A DNA stretch of 64,000 nt from Pyrodictiaceae archaeon (GCA_027036135.1 JALVSY010000007.1:676880-740879); one strand, 5' to 3'; positions 39,324 to 49,317 are shown, numbered from the stretch's first letter. Notes: a model not told the origin generated them from the letters alone. Translations and numbers: made by a program.

Positions 39324-40788
39324 TTACCGATACTTCATTATCCTTTTCGTTGCCTCGATGGCGTAGAAGAAGCCTATTACTTCTAGACGCCCAAGCAACA
39401 TCAGTATCATGAGTATCGCTTTAGCCGAGAACGAGGCTGTAGCTGAGGTTATTCCCACGCTTAGCCCTACAGTGCCCAGGGCACTGGCTGCCTCAAAGGC
39501 CGCGTCTATGGCTTTGTACTCGGGATTGAAGGCTAGGAGGGCTATTGTACCAACCATCCATGCTAGGAAGAAGAACGATATTACGGCAAAGGCGTTTAGT
39601 AGCTCGTTTTGGGATGTCTTGTAGCCGCCTACACACCTTGTTATTATTACGCCCCCGTATACGGTCTCTTTTATGCTCCACCAGAGGTTCTTGAAGAGTA
39701 TCATGAGGCGGTACTGCTTTATACCACCGGTTGTTGAGAGCACTGAGCCGCCTACGAGCATTAGTAGGGAGAGAATTAGCTTCCAGACCGGGTGCGCCTT
39801 GGATAAGTCGCTTATGCTGAATCCGGTTCCGGTTACCGCGCTTATCGCATGAAACGCAGCTTCTCTTAACGGGTTGTAGGGGCTCCACGTTATCCCTATG
39901 TGCCAGAGTATGAGCGCGGATAGCGACACCGACACTATTATTGTTACTAGTAGCGAGTTTATTTCCCCGCTTAGTCGCCTCCGCTTACCAACCAATAGCG
40001 CATAGATATCGGCGAAGTTGGATGCACCCATAATCATGCCCGCGAGCGCTGCCAGCTCCACCTTGACTGCGTGGTAGAACGCTATACTAGCGCTATGCGT
40101 GGAGAACCCGCCAGTTGCCAGGGCCGTCATCGAGTGATAGACTGCATCGCTGAGCGTCATACCGGCCCAGTAGAGGAGTGCAGCATCTATATAATAGGAA
40201 GTAGGTGGCCATCAAGGCTCTTAGGCTTTTGGCTATGCTTGGTTCTAGTCTCTCGTATCTGCCCTCTGCTAGGCCTACGAGGTGAGCTGGGAGCCCGCCT
40301 AGCCGGGCGAACACGAAGAACATAACCACTATGCCGAAGCCTCCTAGCCACTGGCAATAAGCCCTCCACCACAAAATACTCGGAGGAAGCTGCTCCACGC
40401 TGGGTACATAGCGGTGGAAAAACGGGTCAACACCACCAGTGAACACAGAGAGACCAGTAGTAGTATAGCCACTAATACTCTCAAACCAAGAATCAACCAA
40501 GGGTATATGGAGAACAACACTAACCGGAACAGCAGAGAAAAAAGGAGTCAAAACCCAAGCAAGAGCAACAAGTATGAATGCCTCGTTTTTGCTAAGGCTT
40601 CTGGACGGCTTTACGAACATGAACCATATGCCGGAGAATGCTAGGTACGCGGTAGCCCAGACTAGTAGTTGAAGCGAGTAGGTGACGTCACCCGATAAGA
40701 GCCCTGTTAAGCCAGATAGGAGATGGGTTATTCCCGCGGCAGCAACAGAGACCATGACGTGGCGAAGCAAGGGAAAAACACGGATCAC
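39324..40788 (-). pseudogene. trkH: TrkH potassium uptake protein, frameshifted near 40185
   Basis: Four pore loops FESISGYTTTG, ALATGGFS, AVTGTGFS, SALGTVGLS split over two frames; GRLE at end. Confidence 0.85.
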
Positions 40789-41103
40789 TCTTCGTTCTCG
40801 ATGATGGATTTCTATTGGTTGATGCCGGGGCTTCTTGATTCTCAAGGTTTTGAGACACCTAGTACACGATGCCCCTTGAACAACGCTGCGGTTATCTTCA
40901 CGGGAAGCAGAGCTGCTTGCCGAGGCGTCCCTCGAATGCTCCCTCATTGCTGCAAGAAGCGCTACGCTAGGGTAAAAGTCGTTGCTCCTGCCTCATCCCG
41001 GATCACGATATGTACATTACTACAGAGAAGCTTTGTCCACGGCAACGCGGATAAAACCTGGGTACAAGCCTTTCCTTGTTTCTTCTTGGGTGCGTTAGGT
41101 TCC

Positions 41104-43065
41104 TTGCGAAAAGAGCTTGTTAAGCCCGAGAGCCTTGATGGACTAGTCCTCGTCTCTAGCCCTGCTGTACCACCTAGGTGCAGTGACCACATCTACTACG
41201 TTGCTACGAGGGTTTCTGTTCAGCAAGACCGCTATGAATCCGCTATAATGCTCTACGATACTGGTAGTGGCGAGCACCGCGTCCTCCAAGGCGGGCCTAG
41301 TGATACGTGCCCGCTTCCCTCACCCGACGGTTCACGCTACTTGTTCATTCATCGCCCCGAGCAACGTAGCCAAAGGGATAGGAAGCAGCCGGGGCTCGAG
41401 CTTAGACTAGCTAGCCCTGGCTCAACAGGTAGTGTGGTTGTGGCTAGGATTCGTGGACTCGTCTCAGCAGCGTGGAGCCCCGACTCTCGGAGAGTTGTTG
41501 CTGCTATCCCGGTTGGGGAGCCAGATGAGGATATTAAGCTTGTTACTCGCCTACCTGTCTGGTTTAACGGCAAGGGCTATGTCTATAATACCCAGGTCAA
41601 GCCCTTCATAATCGACGTTGACTCCGGCGACATGACCGAGATCGATATCGGGCTTGAATGGGTACAAGTGGGTAGTGTTGATTGGAGCCCTGATGGAAGG
41701 TACATAGTGATACTGGCCTCCTATGACGAGAAGAAGCCCTTCCTCTACCGGCTATACGTCTACGACAGTGTTAGGGAGGAATACTGGGTAGCTGCCGAGG
41801 GACTCAGCGGGTACGGGGAGCTAGCATGGAGTCCCGACTCTAAGAGGGTAGCTTATCTGGGCCACCGGCTTGAGCGGGGTTTCGCTACGCACAACCGAGT
41901 AATAGTTATTGATCCGTGGGGCGGAGAGGAGTGCCTCACGTGCAGTCTTGGGCGAAACGCTAGTAACACAGTTAATAGTGATGTCCGTGGCCCGAACTGC
42001 TCTAAGCGACTAGCATGGACGCGTAGGGGCATACTCTTCCTCATGAGTGACGGCGGCGAGGTTAAGCTCTATAGCGTCTTGCCGGGCAAGGAGCCTCGGC
42101 CCGTGATCGCTCCAAGAGGAGGAGTAGTTGACGAGTTTGCCACCGATATTAGTGGCGAGCTGGTAGCCTATACCTTTATGACCCCGACGAGCCCCAAGGA
42201 GCTATACCTTTACCTCGATAACAAGGCAATCAGGATAACGCGGCATACCGAGGCATGGGTTAACAAGCACCTTCTCTCCTCCCCGGAGAGGATAGCGTTC
42301 AGGGCAAGTGATGGAGCCCTTGTTGAGGGCTGGGTACTGAGACCACCTCGTGGCGTGGAGGAGAGGGGCTGGGTACTCTACATCCACGGCGGTCCCAAGA
42401 CCATGTGGGGCTACGGCTTCATGCACGAGTTCCATGTACTGACTTCAGCTGGGTACACAGTTCTTTATGTTAACCCGCGGGGAAGCGATGGCTACTCAGA
42501 GGAGTTTGCTGACATAAGGTGCCGTTACGGTGAGAGAGACTACGAGGACCTAATGGAGGCAGCTAAGTACGCGGTAACAGAACTAGGCCTCGCCGAGGAC
42601 CGAGCAGCTGTTATGGGCGGGAGCTACGGCGGCTTCATGACGAACTGGGTAATAGGGCACACCGGCTTCTTCAAGGCGGCGGTGACGATGAGGAATATAT
42701 CTAACTGGATAAGCATGTACGGTACCACCGACATAGGCTGGTACTTCGTCGAGGACCAGATATGCTGCACGCCCTGGAAGAACCCGGAGCGGTGCTGGGA
42801 GAAGAGCCCACTACGCTACATCGACAAGGCCAAGACACCCACGCTCATAATCCATAGTGACCAGGATTATCGGTGCTGGCTAGACCAGGCCTTGCAGCTC
42901 TACACAGCGCTAAGGCTACACGGCGTGGATACGAAGCTAGCAATATTCCCTGGCGAGAACCACGACCTATCGCGCAGCGGGAAGCCGAAGCACAGGGTAA
43001 AACGACTACAACTAGTACTAGAGTGGCTAGACAAACACATAGGTGAGAAAAAGGGGCTAGCTTAG
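41104..43065 (+). CDS. S9-family acylaminoacyl peptidase (beta-propeller + alpha/beta hydrolase)
   Basis: WSPD repeats, IHGGP, GGSYGG, DQDYRC, GENH; TTG 41104. Confidence 0.92.
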   Translation: MRKELVKPESLDGLVLVSSPAVPPRCSDHIYYVATRVSVQQDRYESAIMLYDTGSGEHRVLQGGPSDTCPLPSPDGSRYLFIHRPEQRSQRDRKQPGLELRLASPGSTGSVVVARIRGLVSAAWSPDSRRVVAAIPVGEPDEDIKLVTRLPVWFNGKGYVYNTQVKPFIIDVDSGDMTEIDIGLEWVQVGSVDWSPDGRYIVILASYDEKKPFLYRLYVYDSVREEYWVAAEGLSGYGELAWSPDSKRVAYLGHRLERGFATHNRVIVIDPWGGEECLTCSLGRNASNTVNSDVRGPNCSKRLAWTRRGILFLMSDGGEVKLYSVLPGKEPRPVIAPRGGVVDEFATDISGELVAYTFMTPTSPKELYLYLDNKAIRITRHTEAWVNKHLLSSPERIAFRASDGALVEGWVLRPPRGVEERGWVLYIHGGPKTMWGYGFMHEFHVLTSAGYTVLYVNPRGSDGYSEEFADIRCRYGERDYEDLMEAAKYAVTELGLAEDRAAVMGGSYGGFMTNWVIGHTGFFKAAVTMRNISNWISMYGTTDIGWYFVEDQICCTPWKNPERCWEKSPLRYIDKAKTPTLIIHSDQDYRCWLDQALQLYTALRLHGVDTKLAIFPGENHDLSRSGKPKHRVKRLQLVLEWLDKHIGEKKGLA

Positions 43066-43873
43066 TAGCTTCTTCTCTATCTCCCTCTCTATCTCGCCAG
43101 CTCTCCTCGTGGCCACTCTTACTGCCTCTATGACTGCTGACTTGAAGCCCCGGCCCTCTAGGATGCCTATCGCGGCTATCGTCGTGCCCGCGGGGGTCGT
43201 TACCTCGTCCCTTAGCTCTGCTGGGTGAAGGTCACTGTGCTCTGATAGATACCTAGTAGTAGTCTCTAGTAACTTGGTCACGAGGCTCCTAGCAGTGCTC
43301 CTGGGCAGCCCCACTGCTAGGGACGCTAGGAAGAACGCGTCAAGGAACTCGGCGACAATAGCTGGCCCCGAGCCCGCTACTGCTGTCCAAGCATCCATGA
43401 GTTCCTCGGATATCTCGTAGACCTCGCCGAAGCAGTTAAGCATTCTCCTCACCTCCTCGGCATGCTCGGAGCCCGGTGGAGAATATAGCCCGGTGAGGCT
43501 CTTCCGGATCCTTATGTTGAGGTTCGGCATTGCGCGGTGAATCTCGGCCCCTGGTAGGGCTTCGCGGAGTACTCGGGTAGAGATAGCAGCCATAACTGAG
43601 ACGACCACCTTGCCCGCAACGTCTCCCCGGATGTCCCTCGCTACTGCTGGGAACTGGTAGGGCTTCACAGCCAGGAACACATAGTCGGACTCCCGGACAG
43701 CGCACCTATTACAATTAGTTGCATCGAGCCCCGTCGAGCGGAGACGATTAAGGGTCCCGGGGCTACGCGCCGTCACTTTTACCTCTGCGCCGCACTCCTT
43801 CAGGGAGAGGGCTATCACCGAGCCTACCTTACCGCCACCAATAACAGCTACTCTAGTACCCTGGAAGACTCAT
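43057..43873 (-). CDS. proC: Pyrroline-5-carboxylate reductase; start codon one base out of frame
   Basis: VAVIGGGKVG upstream of track start, LAVKP, RAMPN, GSGPA, VTTPAGTT; ATG 43873 is off-frame. Confidence 0.85.
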
Positions 43874-43927
43874 CCCACGATACACCAAGGCACCGAGAGT
43901 GGGGAGAAGGGAGGTATAAAAACATTA

Positions 43928-44953
43928 TTACTCTCTCACATGGATTAGGCCGAGCTTCTTTAAGAGCAATGCGTATTCGAGCCTTGGTCTCGTGTGCCAC
44001 CTGTCCTCAAAGGGATCGTAGAGCTCATACGGGAAGGGGAACACCATTGTCCGGTAGCGCACGTATATGTCTAGGTCACAGCCTTCCCGGATCAATATAT
44101 CCGAGAGGGAACCGCTCATCGTTACCCCAGCCATTGCTCCCAGCTTTGAGTAATAGAGGTATGTTGACTCACCAGTAGCTGCTAACGCGCCGTAGAGAGT
44201 ATCGGTGCAGCGCTTATCCGTGCCAATAAGGGCCTTTACGCCGCTAAGGCCGCTCGAGACGTATACTCTGCCAAGAACATAGGCCTCACTTAGCCTGCGA
44301 TAATAGCGATTAATGTACTTAGGCTTAATACTACCCTGCAATGGCGCTGGCAAGTCCCTTGAGGCAGCTATGTTGATAATATCGCCTATCTTCTTAAGTG
44401 TCAACAAGGGGTCGTGGTCGAGCACTGCTATGAGTACGTGCGCTAGTACTGGTGTACGGAGTTCTAGCTTCTCTATACTAACGAGTTCGTGGAGGTGTTT
44501 ACCCAGCTTGTTAACTAGCTTAGGCTCACGCCTACCGAGACAGTTCTGTACTGGTATCTTCCACCCATAGTAGCCCTCATCGAGCCACTCAACGGGACTA
44601 CCCGGGTCTATCCCGGGCGGTATGAACCATGATATGAAGAGCTGCTTGGAGTTAAGCAGAGAAATAGTATGAATATACCATGGCAGGGGGAGCCCCTGCT
44701 TCTCAAGGAACTCGTTTGAGACTGTTCTCAGACGATGCAATCGTCTCCAGAGGCCTGGGTCGACGCGTTTTACTCCATAGACTACGCCTATGCCCATAGG
44801 CTTGAGGTGCTTGAGGTGGAAACTGCGGAGAGAGGAGCTCTTCTTAATTGTCTCTATGTAGCGGTAGCGAGTAGCAGGTGCAAGGCCCAGGTCGTCTAAG
44901 CGGAAATCATAGCAGCTCAGCTTCACAATGAATTCCTCGAAGCCTGTGCTCAT
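43928..44953 (-). CDS. Putative tandem-HTH (Lrp/AsnC-like duplicated) transcriptional regulator
   Basis: HTH-like LGLAPATRYRYIETIK then LKPMGI; second LDHDPLLTLKKIG...YINRYYRRLSEAYVLG; C-terminal FPYELYDP..W. Confidence 0.55.
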   Translation of the reverse strand: MSTGFEEFIVKLSCYDFRLDDLGLAPATRYRYIETIKKSSSLRSFHLKHLKPMGIGVVYGVKRVDPGLWRRLHRLRTVSNEFLEKQGLPLPWYIHTISLLNSKQLFISWFIPPGIDPGSPVEWLDEGYYGWKIPVQNCLGRREPKLVNKLGKHLHELVSIEKLELRTPVLAHVLIAVLDHDPLLTLKKIGDIINIAASRDLPAPLQGSIKPKYINRYYRRLSEAYVLGRVYVSSGLSGVKALIGTDKRCTDTLYGALAATGESTYLYYSKLGAMAGVTMSGSLSDILIREGCDLDIYVRYRTMVFPFPYELYDPFEDRWHTRPRLEYALLLKKLGLIHVRE

Positions 44954-45059
44954 TATTCTGTTAACCCTTGTTTGTTCCTGTTATTCCGCCTCATACATGT
45001 TTTGTGAAAATAGCATTGAAAACAGAAAACAATTACTTAACAATAAAGTGGTGAAACAC

Positions 45060-45209
45060 ATGAACACCAAGAAGATAAAGCTCGTACTAGCCCAGCTAGT
45101 ATCAAGGAAAGAGGTACGCATAGCAATACTCGTAGCAGCCTTGCTCCTAGCCAAGAACCTACTACCAAATGCAAAGGCCCGGGACATAGGCGACATACCC
45201 GACGCCTAA
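45060..45209 (+). CDS. 49-aa secreted-type micropeptide
   Basis: GGTGA RBS, ATG 45060, MNTKKIKLVLAQLVSRKEVRIAILVAALLLAKNLLPNAKARDIGDIPDA, then T-rich terminator. Confidence 0.7.
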   Translation: MNTKKIKLVLAQLVSRKEVRIAILVAALLLAKNLLPNAKARDIGDIPDA

Positions 45210-45216
45210 GAACCTG

Positions 45217-45233
45217 CTTTTAAGTTTTTCTCT
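45217..45233 (+). terminator. Oligo-T terminator after micropeptide
   Basis: CTTTTAAGTTTTTCTCT directly after TAA 45209. Confidence 0.5.
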
Positions 45234-45260
45234 AAGCCTCTTCATTAAATTCTTTAACAC

Positions 45261-45620
45261 ACCCTATACGCTGGTAACACCCACTACTCCTACCGGGTGT
45301 AAACTATACCCGCATTCCGGGACAAAGCCCTCGGCCTAAGAGCAATACTCAGGGCACACGCTCGCAAAATGTACGGGAAAGAGCTTGAGCAACTCACACG
45401 CCAAGAACTCCACAACCTAGTCTCAACAGTAATGCCTGGCCGAGAGAAACTAGTTGAGAAAATCTACTGGAGCAGCAGAGAAGAGGAAACACTAGCCGAG
45501 CAAATCGAGCCAGGTTCGCTAAAAAATCGAGTACCCTACCCAGCAATAGAGCGGAGAAATAACAAGGCTACACTCTTCATGTAGCTAGATATAGCCATAG
45601 CCTCTATTCTACCAGTTAGC
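45261..45620 (+). pseudogene. Probable gene remnant of unknown family
   Basis: Frame of ORF 45369-45584 continues through stops on both sides (...YSYRV*TIPAFRDK...TLFM*LDIA...). Confidence 0.3.
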
Positions 45621-45738
45621 TAGCACCTTCTCATCCATGCCCAGAGTTGCTTCCTTAATTATTTCATGTCCTCGAAATATAGTTTTGGTGCTTCAAGGAC
45701 TCGGTAGAGGCTTCAATAACCAGCCTATGTTGTTATCG

Positions 45739-46869
45739 TTAAAGGCTAGGAGGAATGCGCTTGAACAGGCCCCGGGGCCAAGCTATGAAGACGGTTACGA
45801 GTAGCGCTAGTACAAGTAATACTAGTGAGGCTGTGCCGCTTATAGGGAAGCTTATGGCTGCTAGGAATAGGAGGATGTAGTTTAGTGCTGTGTAGCGCCT
45901 TGCTGTCGGTATCCCGAGGATTATCGGAACCATCATTGGCGCGTGTATCAGTATGTGCTGGGTTACGAATCCTATCGTGGTCATGTGTATGAAGATGTAG
46001 AGTAGCTTGTATATATTCGGTGACTTGGAGTACATGAGGCTAGAGGCCAGCACCATTATGACATAGATCGCCGCGAATACGTGGCCTACTAGGAAGTATA
46101 GGTGGCTGCTCCTCGCAGGCCCCCTCTTCATCGCTCTCGTCTTCTCTAGGAAGACTAGGAGCTTATCCATCCTTGCCGCTGGTATGTAGAGGAGCATGGT
46201 TAATGCCAGGGCTAGCGCTCCGAGCGGTGGCCGCCAAGCGTATAGTGCTAGGCTTGCTCCCTGCGCCGCGTAGAGAGCGTAGACCAAGGAGGTTCTTGGC
46301 TTCTCACCGTAAGTGGATGGAAATGAGTGAATAGTTACAGCATAGATACTGGTAACCGCTAGGGCATAGACAAGGCCTAGGTAGTAGGTAAAGAAGCCCC
46401 TAGCCGGGTTAGAAGCCAGCGCATAGATCGCTGAGAGCGTGTAGGCATAGGCGAGCCCAGCTATGCTTAAGCCAACGCTTCCCCGAGGCGCCTCAGCAAC
46501 CGCTATCCATAGGGCTACTGCATACAATGCATAAATCGTTGCAAGAAGAGACCTGGGAGGAAGCCTATCTAGGAGCACAAGTCCCCCGAGGCCTAGACCC
46601 GCTAAGGCAACGATATAGGTAGCAATAACAAGTACTAAGGCTACCTTCTCTGCTCTCTTTGAGCGACGAGTACCCGAGGCCGCATAACTAGTAGCTATAC
46701 CAGCAACAAAGACAGCTAGTACAGTACTGGCCATTAGTGCTGCGTGAAACGCTGTATAGCCGCGAAGGGCCTCCCATAGAGCCTCCGCGAGTAGGAAGAA
46801 GCTGATGTACACTGCGAACGCACTGCTACGATGAACCAGCTTAATCCACGAGGCCAAGATACTCCCCAT
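45739..46869 (-). CDS. Polytopic membrane protein, NnrS-like (NO response) candidate
   Basis: About 12 TM segments with His in TM positions (HAALM, HSFP, HMTTIGF, HAPMM). Confidence 0.5.
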   Translation of the reverse strand: MGSILASWIKLVHRSSAFAVYISFFLLAEALWEALRGYTAFHAALMASTVLAVFVAGIATSYAASGTRRSKRAEKVALVLVIATYIVALAGLGLGGLVLLDRLPPRSLLATIYALYAVALWIAVAEAPRGSVGLSIAGLAYAYTLSAIYALASNPARGFFTYYLGLVYALAVTSIYAVTIHSFPSTYGEKPRTSLVYALYAAQGASLALYAWRPPLGALALALTMLLYIPAARMDKLLVFLEKTRAMKRGPARSSHLYFLVGHVFAAIYVIMVLASSLMYSKSPNIYKLLYIFIHMTTIGFVTQHILIHAPMMVPIILGIPTARRYTALNYILLFLAAISFPISGTASLVLLVLALLVTVFIAWPRGLFKRIPPSL

Positions 46870-46943
46870 GATAAAGTATACGTGTCTATACCTAGGGCAT
46901 TATCAAGGCTTCCACATATGCTCCGCGGGGAACCGAAAAAGAC

Positions 46944-47510
46944 CTACATAATATACACCACTATCCTGTCCCGGTACTCAACAACACCTCCCTCCACTAC
47001 ACCGTCCCAGCGATAAAGCAGATAGAACCTCTCAGCATCACCATGGACTAGCCAGAAGTAGAGAGCATTAACCACGTCGGGCGCGCCACCAGCAAGGTTC
47101 GCAGCAGCCATGACGCAGGCTATGCCGCCTAGGATAGAGTACTGGGTGGCTAGGTAGAGTAGGAGAGGCGTTAGTATCTGTGGCGCGAGAGTCACTAAGA
47201 GGTATTGGCTCGGTGTCATGTAATCATAGTCTAGCATGAGGGCTACCAGCTTCCTGTTGAAGAGGAGCCTAGCGCCAGGAACCCGGAGAGCAACCGCTAC
47301 CGCGTAGTGAGTCGCCTCATGCACCGCGACAAGGAGCAGCGCCGCAGCAATGTAGACAAGGAGACTAGCTGGGCACCCGGTAGCCCTATTGAGCAGGTAG
47401 AGCGACTCACAATGATTCGCGAACACGAGAGGCATAGAGACGAGCACTAGTATTGCTAGGAATAACCCGGCGTAGAGGGGCTTAAACCTCGCTATCTCTA
47501 CTCTTTGCAC
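46944..47510 (-). CDS. Membrane zincin metallopeptidase (DUF3267/M50-like)
   Basis: VHEATH, TLAP, NLAGGAPD in hydrophobic context. Confidence 0.72.
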   Translation of the reverse strand: MQRVEIARFKPLYAGLFLAILVLVSMPLVFANHCESLYLLNRATGCPASLLVYIAAALLLVAVHEATHYAVAVALRVPGARLLFNRKLVALMLDYDYMTPSQYLLVTLAPQILTPLLLYLATQYSILGGIACVMAAANLAGGAPDVVNALYFWLVHGDAERFYLLYRWDGVVEGGVVEYRDRIVVYIM

Positions 47511-48184
47511 CTTCTCAGCATCTCCTCTTGCTTACTGAGCACCTCCTCGGCACTAGCTACTGGGTCTCCGGCTCCTGTTATTAGTCTACCAACTATCTCG
47601 TAGTCAGCTCCGGCGCAGAGGGCCTCGCCTGGCCTTGCTCCCTGGGCACCTATGCCGGGTGATAGTATCTTCACGCCTTGTCCAAGGGTCTTCCTCGTCT
47701 CTCGTATTATTGCTGGCCTCGTAGCTGGGGCGACGACGCCCCATGGTCTCAGCTTGGCTGCTACGCTGAGTATGCTGGGTAGCGCTTTGTCGTAGACCTC
47801 CTCGGCTCCCGGATGACTCATAGAGACTACTATTATCAGTTTCTTGCCCAGGCTGTCCAAGTATTCTTTGAGCTCGTCGAGCGCGCCCCGTACGCCAACG
47901 AAGCCATGGGCTATCACGGCATCAACGCTGCTAGCTACACTTGACGCTACTAGCTTCATCACATGGCCTATATCCGCTAGCTTGAGGTCGGCAATCCATA
48001 GTTTCTCTGGGCAGGCTCCGCGAAGCTCGCTAAGAGACTGTACACCGTTTGCTAAGAGGAATGGGAGACCCACCTTGAACCCAGCTACCCGGGTACATAG
48101 ACTCCTAGTCAGCCCCCTAGCCTCCTCTACGCCGAGACCATCTATCGCAACTATCAGCGTCAATACGAGAGCCCCGCAGCACAC
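47498..48184 (-). CDS. pyrF: Orotidine-5'-phosphate decarboxylase
   Basis: FKVG, DLKLADIG, SMSHPG, PATRP, SPGIGAQG, IVGR. Confidence 0.95.
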   Translation of the reverse strand: MCCGALVLTLIVAIDGLGVEEARGLTRSLCTRVAGFKVGLPFLLANGVQSLSELRGACPEKLWIADLKLADIGHVMKLVASSVASSVDAVIAHGFVGVRGALDELKEYLDSLGKKLIIVVSMSHPGAEEVYDKALPSILSVAAKLRPWGVVAPATRPAIIRETRKTLGQGVKILSPGIGAQGARPGEALCAGADYEIVGRLITGAGDPVASAEEVLSKQEEMLRRCKE

Positions 48185-48377
48185 TAAAGCCCAGTACCAG
48201 GATTAAATGATGACCGTCCACAACGCTTCTTCATAGTAATTATTAATAAAATTATCAACATGTGAATGGCGTATGGGGGAAAGTTTCTTGCTGGACTACG
48301 TAATGGAAAAATATTACCCTTAATAGTTGCTTTAATTCGGTCCCTACTTATGCTCGTTACCGGAGGATAGCTGCGCT

Positions 48378-49289
48378 GTGTCTCCTAGCCTGGAGACGAA
48401 GATTGGGGGACTTGTGCTTCGGCACCCAGTTATGAACGCTAGTGGTATTCTCGGCTCCAGTACTGAAGGGTTTGAGAGACTGGTAAGGGCTGGGGTAGCG
48501 GCGCTTGTTACTAAGTCTTTTACACGACTGCCCCGCCGAGGCTACCCTACTCCTATAGCTGTGCCGCTTCCCTATGGGTTGCTGAACGCTGTTGGCCTTA
48601 GCAATCCGGGTGCAGAGGCTCTGCCAGAGCTGTTACGCTATGCTCGGGGGCTCGGTGTCCCGGTTGTAGTAAGTATTGCTGGTAGCGACGAGGAGGAGTT
48701 CGCGGAGGTAGCGGTTGTTGCCGAGGAGAGCGGTGCTAGCGCTGTTGAGCTTAATCTTAGCTGTCCTCATGCGCGGGGAAGGGGCCTAGAGCTAGGCATG
48801 GATCCTGGGAAGGTGAAGAGCATTGTCTCGGCAGTAGCCTCCACGGTAAAGGTGCCGGTGTGGGCCAAGCTGGGTATGAGTGACCGCTTATTGGACTCGG
48901 CAAGCGCCGCGCTAGAGGCTGGTGCAAGAGCCTTGGTACTCATCAATACTATCCGGGCTATGAGGATAGACGTGTGGGCTAAGAAACCAGTGCTTGGTAA
49001 TAGAATTGGAAGTTTATCTGGGCCAGCTATTCACCCCGTGGCTGTACGCGCTGTCTACGAGGTCTATGGCGAGACGGGGGCCGATATAGTAGGAGTTGGT
49101 GGAGTTGAGGACTGGGAGACCGCGGTCGAGTTAGTGCTTGCGGGTGCACGCGCCGTGCAAGTGGGAACAGCCATAGTGACCCGGGGGGAGCAGGTGATAG
49201 CAGAAATCCTTGAGGGTATCAAGAGGTACTTAGAGCTAGTGGGTGCTAGGAGCCTAGAGGAGCTGGTAGGGGCTGCGCACCGAGCCTAG
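48378..49289 (+). CDS. pyrD: Dihydroorotate dehydrogenase (family 1B catalytic subunit)
   Basis: NASG, TKS, NAVGLSNPG, ELNLSCPH, INT, LSGPAI. Confidence 0.95.
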   Translation: MSPSLETKIGGLVLRHPVMNASGILGSSTEGFERLVRAGVAALVTKSFTRLPRRGYPTPIAVPLPYGLLNAVGLSNPGAEALPELLRYARGLGVPVVVSIAGSDEEEFAEVAVVAEESGASAVELNLSCPHARGRGLELGMDPGKVKSIVSAVASTVKVPVWAKLGMSDRLLDSASAALEAGARALVLINTIRAMRIDVWAKKPVLGNRIGSLSGPAIHPVAVRAVYEVYGETGADIVGVGGVEDWETAVELVLAGARAVQVGTAIVTRGEQVIAEILEGIKRYLELVGARSLEELVGAAHRA

Positions 49290-49317
49290 AGAGACCACGG
49301 AATAGGTTTCTGCGGGG

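Noticed and set aside
40723-41103. 127-aa N-terminal extension of the S9 peptidase and 53-aa extension of TrkH
   Set aside because: They overlap each other on opposite strands and lack family similarity; starts at 41104 and 40788 fit better
48207-48240. C-box-like ATGATGA in the pyrF/pyrD spacer
   Set aside because: No matching D box or stem; it lies in promoter DNA
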